In this document: positions 23,929 through 35,515 of the stretch, one piece after another
Layout of the letters: the number at the start of each line of letters is the position of its first letter
Numbering within the stretch: the stretch's first letter is position 1
Assembly (NCBI GenBank): GCA_040954595.2
Contig: CM082593.2
Location: 11,669,477-11,733,476 of the forward strand
Source: Balanoglossus misakiensis
Taxonomy: Eukaryota; Animalia; Hemichordata
Direction of reading: 5' to 3'
Length of the DNA stretch: 64,000 nucleotides
The notes under the pieces: model-generated
The model's input: the letters and a program-made list of their open reading frames with translations, nothing else
The model's database searches: none
What the model was told of the DNA's origin: nothing
Program-made: the position numbers and the translations under genes

Positions 23929-26900
23929 TTAATTAGTAATAGCATATCTGGAATTCGTAATTTAAATCACGCCGTAGGAAATCTGACTTGATCAACGTGG
24001 TCAATGTACGCCTGTTTCTGCTCTAGAGTGCCGGGGCTTCAGCTGAGCCAGGCCGTAGGAAACCCGACGTGATTACCGTTGTTAACTTACGCCAGTCTGT
24101 GTCCTATATATAGTGCCGGGGCATCAGCCGTGCCAGGCCGAAGGAAATGTGAATAGATCAACGTGGTCTCTGTACGCGTGTTTCTGCTCTAGAGTGCCAG
24201 GGCTTTAGCCAAGCCATACCGTAGGAAATCTGACTTGATCAACGTTGCTAACGAACGCTAGTGTCTGTCATGGTGTTCCGGGGTTTTAGTCGAGCCAGGC
24301 CGTAGGAAATCTGACTTGATCATCGTGGTCAATGTACGCGTGTTTCCGCTCTAAAGTGCCGGGGCTTCAGCTAAACCAGGCCGTAGGAAATCTGACTTGA
24401 TCACCGTTGCTAACGTACGCTAGTGTCTGTCATATTGTGACGGAGATTTAGCCGAGCCAGGCCGTAGAAAAATCGACTTGTTCAACGTTACCAGTGTGCA
24501 ACTGTTTCTGCTCTAGAGTAACTGGGTTTTAGCCGACTTATGCTGTAGGAAATGTGAGTTGATGAACGGGAATTCAATGTTAGAAAACCCGTGTGGAAAG
24601 TATCTCTACCCGTTTGAAACTAAGAAAAGAATTTATTCTTATTTATTTTGTAAAAAAGACAATTTTTCGAAAAAAAAGTCGAAAATGGTAATTTTGTCTT
24701 GGGTGATTTAAATTATACCGCCTTTTCTTGAATTTGCAGCACTTTTTACAAGAGAACGACACTTCATGCTCCATAATATTTCCGAAAATGAAGAAAAGAG
24801 TTAATTTTTTATGATTTTTTAAAAATTTACCATTTTTGTCAAAATATGGCCAAAATTGCTATTTTTTCTTGAATTCCGTCAATATCTCTGCTTTTTTGGA
24901 GTGGTCGAAAGTTTTAACATACAATCAACATGTCATATATGATCAGGGCACCAAATTCGAAGAACAAAGGTTTTTTTATTTATTTTTTTTTCTAAAAATG
25001 ACATTTTCAAGGAAAATTTGGTAAAACGCAATTTTGTTTGCAGTGAGCCAAATTAGACGGTCTTTTGGGGAATTTGTATCGATATATACATACGAAGAGC
25101 ATTCTATACTCCATCAGATTTCCGAAAATGTAGAAAACAGGTATTTTTTGTAATTTTCAAAAATTTACCATTTTGACCAAATTGTGGCTAAAATTGTTAT
25201 TTTCGTGTTGAATGCCGCCAGTGTCACTGCTTTTAAAAGTCATAAAAACTTTTAACATACAAGCAATTCTTTATATATGATCAGGTCATCGAATTAATAA
25301 AATAAAGAATGTTTTGCCTAAAAATGACCTTTTTGGTGCAAAAACGAATAAAACGCAATTTTGTATTAAATCAGCTCATTCAGAGTGCATTTTTTATAAT
25401 CAGCACCATGTTTACATATAATGGAAATTTCATACATCATCAGATATCCAAATATGAAAAAATGATTAAGATTTTAGATGATTGTCCAAAATTAGCTGAT
25501 ATCTAATAAATGTAGTATTGAACCGTTCTGTTTCCCCCCCCCCCCCTACATTATATGCCGTACGCCGATGTGAGCTTACCCGGCAGTACTGCAGGCCGTG
25601 CCCCCAACTAACGTCGGTGTTTGAAGCGCCCTGGTTAAATTCGGGCTTTCTCTATAAATTGACAGGCAATAATGCAGTCCTACCAGAACAAATGTCGAGT
25701 GTTGAACCGCTGTGACTTTCCCTCTTCGGTTTGCCCGACTTAGCCAACGTCTTTGTACTAGAGTGTCGGGTCTTTTGCAGAGCCAGGCCGAAGGAAATCC
25801 GACTTGATCAACGTTGCTAACGAACGCTATACTGTGCGCATGAAATATGGAAGGAAGCGAAGGCAGTCCACTATTTGAATGCATCGAACGGAAAATTTGC
25901 TGGGAAGTTACGCGCATGCGCGTGAGACGAGCTATCCAATTTAATCTCATATACAGTCAATTCAAATTACAGGCTGCTATTTTCGTTCCTGACACACTTC
26001 CTAATAGAACATGGTTATCACAGTCATTCAAGAGATAACAATATTTATTTACATGTCTGTAACAATATTTATCCAGTCTGTTTTAGTTGTGACTAGCAGC
26101 GCCCTCGATCATCAAAAATACACTGTTGCCCTCATTGTCAGTCATCATGTGTATAATCTTGGCTGTCAATACGTAACACACTAGTATTCAAGAATGTAGA
26201 CAGTGTGTTTGTCAATACAGCCAAGGAATACATCATTTGAATATTCATGTATATAAATCATTTGGTTTGTCTTATGACAGGTTTAACACTGACACTGAGA
26301 GACATAGGCACAGCAAAGAAAGTGACCTACTATGGACCACCTAGATTGGTATGTACATTTCAACTCTTTTCACTATTGGTTGTACAATACATGCTAGTTT
26401 AGTTGCATCTTTGTCACTAAAGAGATACCGGTAGTACATGTAACTTTGGGTGTTTTTCCCAATGTTTATAATGTGTTTTCATTGCCTGTTCTACTTGTGT
26501 CTGAACATATTTCAAGCTTCATAAGCTGTAACTTTTCACTTTGTTTTCAGTATTTTTGTTTTAAGTATTTACTGCAGTGTCTTGTTCAAATCCCTGAATC
26601 ATGATGAAATATAGGTGTGTCTAGTCAGTATTGTTATTCTATATTTGAAGTCAAGTCTGGACTAGAATTCATTTCAATAGCCGTTACACACATACAGGTT
26701 ATGTTGACAGGTGGAGTTCTGGGTAGAGCATGTGTTACAGTTAATGTCTCTTTAAATATCACATACATACATGTGTCTAGTTTTGTACATGCAACTCATA
26801 TGTATGTTATATTTATTGATTGACTGTCAAATATCCTCCTGTTGTTTGATTAAATGTAAATATTGTTTGTTGTAGAATAGAAAGCACGATTCTCCTAGTT

Positions 26901-28659
26901 CCATAGATATCAGTGCTCATTTTAAAGCTAAAAGTGACATTTTCAACACTAAATGCAAGGAAATGTAACTAAATATTTTAATTTTGCAGTCAAAATGCAA
27001 CACAGTCAGCTCCGAACTGCATTTAAAATCCAAACACATGGTGTTATATTCTTGGTAATAAGCAAAGATCTGTATCCTATCCACAAAGTATATATCATAC
27101 ACACAGTATTATATTAATGCAGTTTATGAAATTGCTAGAAACATTGTAATATTTGGATGATATTTAAAGAAAAGTAATTATATTTATATTAACAGTATGT
27201 AAAAGTTACGAAGATTTAGCGTTGAATGATGATGTGATGTCTGTAAGAGCTGTTCCAATACATGGTGAGTGAATTTCAAATCATTTGTTCAATCAACCTT
27301 TCTACTGTCCTGTGATTCCAAAAGTAATTGAAATATCATTACACATGTACCTGAATATAGTGCAGACTGTAAATAGAGCACACTCTGGAAAAGAGTTATG
27401 TAATTAATATCTCTATCATGTGAGTGACATCATTTTAAGGGCCACTGACCACCCCACCCATGACAATTTGCTAGGGGGTGCCAACATCTCAACAGGGGGT
27501 GAATCCTTCCAGGCCATGTCGGGTGATTGATTGATTGATTGATTCATTCATTCATTCATTCATTCATTCAGTCAGTCAGTCAGTTCGTCAGTCAGTCATA
27601 TTAATTAATTCATTAAGGCATATAAACGATATAGCTAGCCTAATGTTATAGGAATGGTCTAACACCCTTGTCATATAAACTTTGGCGAAGCGATCCAAAG
27701 CTCAGCTAAGGTAGATGGGGGGGGGGGGGCTGAATCACATGCCCCATCATAATGAAAGCTGCTAACCCTCTTAGAATGATACTAGGGCCTATACGTTGAT
27801 CGCCCTGTCACACTTGGCTATGTGATCTTGGATTGGAACTGGAGGGATGTGAAAAGCAAGAGGCTTGTCGACAATAGTGATGTCAGAAAAATATTTGTTC
27901 ATCTTTTTACAAAATATTTGTTTCCTCAAATTAAAACTGGTAAAACTAAGCTTGGTTTGTTTTAAATAAATAAATAGTTACTTACTAATATACTCCATGG
28001 CGCATTGTCTTTTTACATTGCTATCCTCTAGTCTTGAACAATTATGTCATTTTCGTGACCATCTCATGGTATTTTTCATTGATATGAAAACATACGCTTG
28101 GTTAAAATTCTATAACTGCAGTTATGCTCACTGAGATTTTAGTGAATTGCCACTGTAAACTCATTTCCAGACAAATAGAACCTTTTGTCAGAAGTGAGCA
28201 TTGTGACTAAAAACCCTCTCTTATTGGCATCTAGTTCAGACGGGAGAAGGTTTCATGCAACTGCCTCGCAACAGAGATTGCTCTCAAATTCGGCAAAATA
28301 TATATTGCAGGAGGTAAAAATTCTCAAAACTGTGAACGCGGGCATCTGTTGGCAATGGACAAAATAGTAAATGATTTGGGGATAAATGCCAATGTCAATC
28401 GATACAAAATTCCATTCACAGCAATGCAAAACACATTATGGGCCCATACCTCACCCCTTTCATGAGTGTAGTGTCAACAGTGTTCAAAAGTGTGGGGGGG
28501 GGGGAGGCAACAGACTAATTGAATCAAGTTGGTTGCACTCATACCAGTATATATCAATAGTTGGTGGAAATCAGAAACTGCCGTTGGTGGCGCAAATTGT
28601 GTAACCTGCTTCACCTCAGGTTGGAGATATTGTCTGAACCTGGAGGTAGGCTGCTAGAC

Positions 28660-28769
28660 CTAGCTTTGTAAACGCAGCTGCACCATTGGGGGTTAGGATA
28701 TGGGTGGGGGTGGTACAACAGTATATCCCAACCTCCAACGGTGCAGCCGCGTTTCCACAGCCATGCTAG
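28660..28769. repeat. Small fold-back (MITE-like) element; mirror copy at ~32204-32313
   Basis: AAACGCAGCTGCACCATTGGGGGTTAGGATA pairs imperfectly with TATCCCAACCTCCAACGGTGCAGCCGCGTTT around a ~20-bp loop. Confidence 0.55.
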
Positions 28770-28930
28770 ACCCTGCTCATTTCAGTGGAAAAACATGTTT
28801 TGTTGTGGACTTTCAAGTCGTTCTAATGAGATTCACACTGAGAAAATGTAATAAATTCTGTTTGTGGACTTCCAACACAAAAAAAAAAAAAAAAAAACAG
28901 GACAACATTTTTGAAATACCAATAAAATTA

Positions 28931-29306
28931 TAAAACTACTAAAAACACTGGCGTTATATTGGCAGACTTCCTGGACCGAGATATGATTCTTGCAGCTGTA
29001 TTTTGTGTGCGTTGTAGAAGGTTCCGACTGCTTTCTGGTAGACCATACAGTAATGCATTACCATAGTGGGCCAAGAACTGAACCCTGTGGCACTCCAAAA
29101 CGAACATGTGATGGTTGACTGGTGGTGATCTTGTGGTGACGTATGTCATCAATTATCTGAATAAAATACTGGTTGAACCGATCTAAATGTTCCGTAGTTG
29201 ACGTATGATTTGGAAGCTGTCTTGAGTTGCTGAACAATGTTGAAATTGTCCGGAATAAAGATTTCTGATTTTTGGAATTTTCCTCTATGAGATTGGTGTA
29301 GTAGTT
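28931..29306 (-). mobile_element. Internally deleted CR1/L2-group LINE ORF2 fragment (left-arm copy)
   Basis: Mirror of 31670-32045. Confidence 0.8.
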
Positions 29307-31669
29307 GCACTGGTCACTTGGTAGGCTACAAGTGGTAGAGTCGTGTGTGCGCGCGACTTACACTATAAATTTGCGGAACAGACGGAACGGAATATGTATA
29401 TGTAGCAGTTTATTGGCATGAATAGTGTAGGCCTACATGATTTTTAAAACATGTCCCAGCACAGCGATTTATTCAGAGAAAGTGGAGAAATATTTATATG
29501 ATAGAAACTGAATAAGTTTGTTGTATGTCAGCTCTTCTGTCTTTCTCTTACCGATATGATTCTAACCGGAACACTCAAGCTTAGTAAGGGTAAGAGAAAG
29601 GCAGAAGAAGAAAAATGGCTGACCGACAACTTTTTGTATCAAATCCCTGAATAAATCACTGGGCCCAGGAAAACCACAGCGAGTTTAGAACACTAACATT
29701 GAGATCTAACATAATCGACCCATGCTGATGTTTCAAGTGGGCGATCCCCGGCAATTCCCGGCAATTTCACGATCCCCCCCCCCCCACAAAAATCGTGCAT
29801 TCCAAGGGAATATTACGTCAGTAGATTAATTTTTCTGACTACTTTATTAAAGCTGTTTCGCCGTTTCACTGTTTCGCAAAATATCACTAGCCGCGCCCTG
29901 TGATAAGAGTCTAAGTTTCGTGAAAGACCTCCGCAGTCCACCTTTTTTATCTTAAAAAAGTTTCCATCTTTTTTCTTCACCGGGTCCGGAAATTTTCAGG
30001 TCGACACGAACTCTTGGATTTAGTTTATCAGTTTATTTGGAAGCGAGTCGAAAAAGATTACGCTGTCCAAAACCGTTAAACCCGTGGTACTCGAAACTGT
30101 GAATAAACAAAGTGTTAGTATAACTGATACTTTTTACGTAGCGTTGGGGCGGTATTTCCTTGCCGTACGTCATATTATGGCGGTCGGTTTGAAGTGAACT
30201 TCCATCGCTTGTAGCTTATAGCGTACATCATGAACAATTTAGGCATAAATAATTGGGCCTCATAAAATAAACACATTTCGTTTTCATATTTCCCTCGGCC
30301 TGCGGCCTCGGGAAATAGCATGTGATTCTGGTAACTCACAGCCCATCGGGTGTAATAAACGGCCGCTATGGCCCTCATGACAAGGCAATAGGTGTTCATT
30401 ATAACACTGTCCACTTTTTATCACCCGTGGGAAGGTTAGGCCTACATCAGCCACGTTGAGCAAGTCGGATATCCAAAGACCAGACAAGCCGCATATAACA
30501 ACAGCATTGCTTTACTTTTTTCAAGCTAGGCCACCACCCTATATGCAGTAAAACAGGCATAGGCAGTAACATTCTCTATCAATCGATTACTCAGATTTTA
30601 CAGAGGAAAAAACGTTCACAAAAACAAATAAAAATCAACTTGAATTTGTATTTCCAACTTCTTGCACCACGCAAACATAGCCCGACCCATATGAAAACGA
30701 AATGTGTTTATTTTATGAGGCCCAATTATTTATGCGTAAATTGTTCATGATGTACGCTATAAGCTACAAGCGATGGAAGTTCACTTCAAACCGACCGCCA
30801 TAATATGACGTAGGGCAAGAAAATACCGCCCCAACGCTACGTAAAAAGTATCAGTTATACTAGTACTTTGTTTATTCACAGTTTCGAGTACCACGGGTTT
30901 AACGGTTTTGGACAGCGTAATCTTTTCCGACTCGCTTCCAAATAAACTGATAAACTAAATCCAAGAGTTCGTGTCGACCTGAAAATTTCCGGACCCGGTG
31001 AAGAAAAAAGATGGAAACTTTTTTAAGATAAAAAAGGTGGACTGCGGAGGTCTTTCACGAAACTTAGACTCTTATCACAGGGCGCGGCTAGTGATATTTT
31101 GCGAAACAGTGAAACGGCGAAACAGCTTTAATAAAGTAGTCAGAAAAATTAATCTACTGACGTAATATTCCCTTGGAATGCACGATTTTTGTGGGGGGGG
31201 GGATCGTGAAATTGCCGGGAATTGCCGGGGATCGCCCACTTGAAACATCAGCATGGGTCGATTATGTTAGATCTCAATGTTAGTGTTCTAAACTCGCTGT
31301 GGTTTTCCTGGGCCCAGTGATTTATTCAGGGATTTGATACAAAAAGTTGTCGGTCAGCCATTTTTCTTCTTCTGCCTTTCTCTTACCCTTACTAAGCTTG
31401 AGTGTTCCGGTTAGAATCATATCGGTAAGAGAAAGACAGAAGAGCTGACATACAACAAACTTATTCAGTTTCTATCATATAAATATTTCTCCACTTTCTC
31501 TGAATAAATCGCTGTGCTGGGACATGTTTTAAAAATCATGTAGGCCTACACTATTCATGCCAATAAACTGCTACATATACATATTCCGTTCCGTCTGTTC
31601 CGCAAATTTATAGTGTAAGTCGCGCGCACACACGACTCTACCACTTGTAGCCTACCAAGTGACCAGTGC

Positions 31670-32045
31670 AACTACTACACCAATCTCATAGAGGAAAATT
31701 CCAAAAATCAGAAATCTTTATTCCGGACAATTTCAACATTGTTCAGCAACTCAAGACAGCTTCCAAATCATACGTCAACTACGGAACATTTAGATCGGTT
31801 CAACCAGTATTTTATTCAGAAAATTGATGACATACGTCACCACAAGATCACCACCAGTCAACCATCACATGTTCGTTTTGGAGTGCCACAGGGTTCAGTT
31901 CTTGGCCCACTATGGTAATGCATTACTGTATGGTCTACCAGAAAGCAGTCGGAACCTTCTACAACGCACACAAAATACAGCTGCAAGAATCATATCTCGG
32001 TCCAGGAAGTCTGCCAATATAACGCCAGTGTTTTTAGTAGTTTTA
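31670..32045 (+). mobile_element. Internally deleted CR1/L2-group LINE ORF2 fragment
   Basis: Translates to NYYTNLIEENSKNQKSLFRTI...DRFNQYFIQKIDDIR, then FGVPQGSVLGP, then YGNALLYGLP...LQRTQNTAARII...NITPV. These are three non-adjacent conserved blocks of CR1/L2-type ORF2 joined by deletions. Confidence 0.82.
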
Positions 32046-34056
32046 TAATTTTATTGGTATTTCAAAAATGTTGTCCTGTTTTTGTTTTTTTTTTGTCTTG
32101 GAAGTCCACAAACAGAATTTATTACATTTTCTCAGTGTGAATCTCATTAGAACGACTTGAAAGTCCACAACAAAACATGTTTTTCCACTGAAATGAGCAG
32201 GGTCTAGCATGGCTGTGGAAACGCGGCTGCACCGTTGGAGGTTGGGATATACTGTTGTACCACCCCCACCCATATCCTAACCCCCAATGGTGCAGCTGCG
32301 TTTACAAAGCTAGGTCTAGCAGCCTACCTCCAGGTTCAGACAATATCTCCAACCTGAGGTGAAGCAGGTTACACAATTTGCGCCACCAACGGCAGTTTCT
32401 GATTTCCACCAACTATTGATATATACTGGTATGAGTGCAACCAACTTGATTCAATTAGTCTGTTGCCGCCCCCCCCCCCCCCCCGCCACTTTTGAACACT
32501 GTTGACACTACACTCATGAAAGGGGTGAGGTATGGGCCCATAATGTGTTTTACATTGCTGTGAATGGAATTTTGTATCGATTGACATTGACATTTATCCC
32601 CAAATCATTTACTATTTTGTCCATTGCCAACAGATGCCTGCGTTCACAGTTTTGAGAATTTTTACCTCCTGCAATATATATTTTGCCGAATTTGAGAGCA
32701 ATCTCTGTTGCGAGGCAGTTGCATGAAACCTTCTCCCGTCTGAACTAGATGCCAATAAGAGAGGGTTTTTAGTCACAATGCTCACTTCTGACAAAAGGTT
32801 CTATTTGTCTGGAAATGAGTTTACAGTGGCAATTCACTAAAATCTCAGTGAGCATAACAGCAGTTATAGAATTTTAACCAAGCGTATGTTTTCATATCAA
32901 TGAAAAATACCATGAGATGGTCACGAAAATGACATAATTGTTCAAGACTAGAGGATAGCAATGTAAAAAGACAATGCGCCATGGAGTATATTAGTAATTA
33001 ACTATTTATTTATTTAAAACAAACCAAGCTTAGTTTTACCAGTTTTAATTTGAGGAAACAAATATTTTGTAAAAAGATGAACAAATATTTTTCTGACATC
33101 ACTATTGTCGACAAGCCTCTTGCTTTTCACATCCCTCCAGTTCCAATCCAAGATCACATAGCCAAGTGTGACAGGGCGATCAACGTATAGGCCTTAGTAT
33201 CATTCTAAGAGGGTTAGCAGCTTTCATTATGATGGGGCATGTGATTCAGGCCCCCCCCCCCCCATCTACCTTAGCTGAGCTTTGGATCGCTTCGCCAAAG
33301 TTTATATGACAAGGGTGTTAGACCATTCCTATAACATTAGGCTAGCTATATCGTTTATATGCCTTAATGAATTAATTAATATGACTGACTGACGAACTGA
33401 CTGACTGACTGAATGAATGAATCAATCAATCAATCAATCAATCACCCGACATGGCCTGGAAGGATTCACCCCCTGTTGAGATGTTGGCACCCCCTAGCAA
33501 ATTGTCATGGGTGGGGTGGTCAGTGGCCCTTAAAATGATGTCACTCACATGATAGAGATATTAATTACATAACTCTTTTCCAGAGTGTGCTCTATTTACA
33601 GTCTGCACTATATTCAGGTACATGTGTAATGATATTTCAATTACTTTTGGAATCACAGGACAGTAGAAAGGTTGATTGAACAAAGGATTTGAAATTCACT
33701 CACCATGTATTGGAACAGCTCTTACAGCAATCACATCATCATTCAACGCTAAATCTTCGTAACTTTTACATACTGTTAATATAAATATAATTACTTTTCT
33801 TTAAATATCATCCAAATATTACAATGTTTCTAGCAATTTCATAAACTGCATTAATATAATACTGTGTGTATGATATATACTTTGTGGATAGGATACAGAT
33901 CTTTGCTTATTACCAAGAATATAACACCATGTGTTTGGATTTAAAATGCAGTTCGGAGCTGACTGTGTTGCATTTTGACTGCAAAATTAAAATATTTAGT
34001 TACATTTCCTTGCATTTAGTGTTGAAAATGTCACTTTTAGCTTTAAAATGAGCACT

Positions 34057-35515
34057 GATATTGGTGTATGTTCGACATACCACATAATTAACCATGAAAC
34101 CTAGTCTACATAGTTCCTTGATTTCCAAGTAGTGCATTGTCTGCCTGATCTTGTTAGGCTGCATTCACAAACGCCTCTGGAGGGGGGGGGGGACGGGAGA
34201 ATTCAATTTTTTTTACCGCTAATTTTCACATGCCCCCCGTACACAACCCGAAATATTTTCAAATCCCCCATTCCGAACTGCCAAAATTTTGAAATCCCCC
34301 CCACCCATTTTCTTTCACAGAGCAAAACACATCACCTATCTATCTTGTAAAAAAAGAAAAAACAGCGCTCCCATGAAAAGAATTTGAAACTGATGTACCC
34401 CCTCACTGAACATTGTTTTTATTTTTAAGTATTTGTATTCTGTGTTGGGAGACATTGTAAACCGAGAATTGAAGGGAGTGGGATTGGGAGGGGGTATCCC
34501 CCTCCCACGTTAGACAATTTTATAAAATACAGAGCTCAAAGCTGCATTTTAATGAACCCGGCAAAAGCAAATTAACTCAACTACCGGTATGTTGGGGAGG
34601 AGAAATTTAACCGTCGCCGCTCAAAGTTATCATGGGGTGGGGCAAATCCCCTGACCTGGGACACTAGATAAACCAGTCAATGATTGAAAGGTGCTGATGA
34701 ATGGAGGGGGTGGGTAAAATAAAGGGCGCGAAACTGCATTTTTATGGACTCAAAATAAATATTTTGTCGTCAATGTTTTCAAGTCCCCCCCTTTCAGTCC
34801 CTAAATTATTTCAAATCCCCCCTTACATACCCTCAATTTTTTCAAATCCCCCCCTCAATTCTCCTGCCCCCCTCCAGAGGTGTTTGTGAATGCAGCCTTA
34901 CGTGAAAGACTTCATTTTCAATGTCGCCGCTATCACTTTCTGAGTCACTTTCCTCTGAATCACCTAGTTCACCTATCACTTCATGCTCATCTTCTGGTTC
35001 ACTGTCCTCATCCAAGTCATCCTCTTCATCCTCCTGCTCATCCTCCTCTTTGTCCCTCTCATGGTTTACTCTGAGACTTTCCAGAGTTGTTTGACACAGT
35101 TTCCGGCCAATGTGCGCTTCAACTATTTTCAGTTTGTCTTTTTTTCAGCATCTTTTTCTCTGTTGTCAATTTATGTCTGTTCATGTACATGTCTAGGTCA
35201 GAAACTTTCAGCTCACATAGTTCACTGTTTCTGTATATTGCCATGATACAGCCTGAAAATGTTATTTTTGTGATCAAAAGTGTACTTGTTGTCACCTGAT
35301 CACACAGAGTAAAGACATGTTCGTATTCTATTTTATATACTTTACGGTCAATTCTGTTGTTTTTTGCTATAATTCCATACAAATCTGTTGTAAAAATTGT
35401 CCCCCCCAAACCATTGATTATAAAATTTGTCCCCCCCCTAAAAACTGCTTTGTAAAAGTAAACCCCCCCCCTGATTTCCACCGCCCCCCCCTCCCTGTAA
35501 AAAACGAATGCTCCC
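34057..35515. mobile_element. Truncated mirror copy of MITE M1, including M2 at 34157-34897
   Basis: Has the TIR CCCTGTAAAAAACGAATGCTCCC|TTA at 35515 but is cut at 34057, before the other TIR. Confidence 0.88.

Larger units (their letters stand above)
16472..23966 (+). mobile_element. BEL/Pao LTR retrotransposon (BEL-2), a different family from BEL-1, 3'-truncated
   Basis: Satellite breaks at TGTAAG (16472); gag-pol runs 17196-23928; satellite resumes at 23967 with no PPT, 3' LTR or TSD. Confidence 0.93.
1..25829. repeat. ~2.05-kb macrosatellite array (at least 5 units; continues off the left edge), interrupted by two LTR retrotransposons
   Basis: Marker AACCGTTCTGTT-C(n)-TACATTATATGC recurs at ~525, ~11980, ~14031, ~16158 and ~25521. 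Spacing is ~2.04-2.13 kb once the insertions are subtracted. Each unit is ~1 kb AT-rich plus ~0.9 kb of 81-bp monomers (core CCGTAGGAAATCTGACTTGATC at 12329, 12410, 12491, 12572, 12657, 12738, 12819, 12900, 12981). The array ends at ~25829. Confidence 0.95.
26907..34061. repeat. Giant inverted repeat 1: arms 26907-30289 and 30689-34061, spacer 399 bp
   Basis: Arms are reverse complements end to end (mirror ORFs 26917-27102/33866-34051, 28185-28367/32612-32794, 28928-29152/31824-32048), with scattered substitutions and microsatellite-length differences. Confidence 0.97.
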
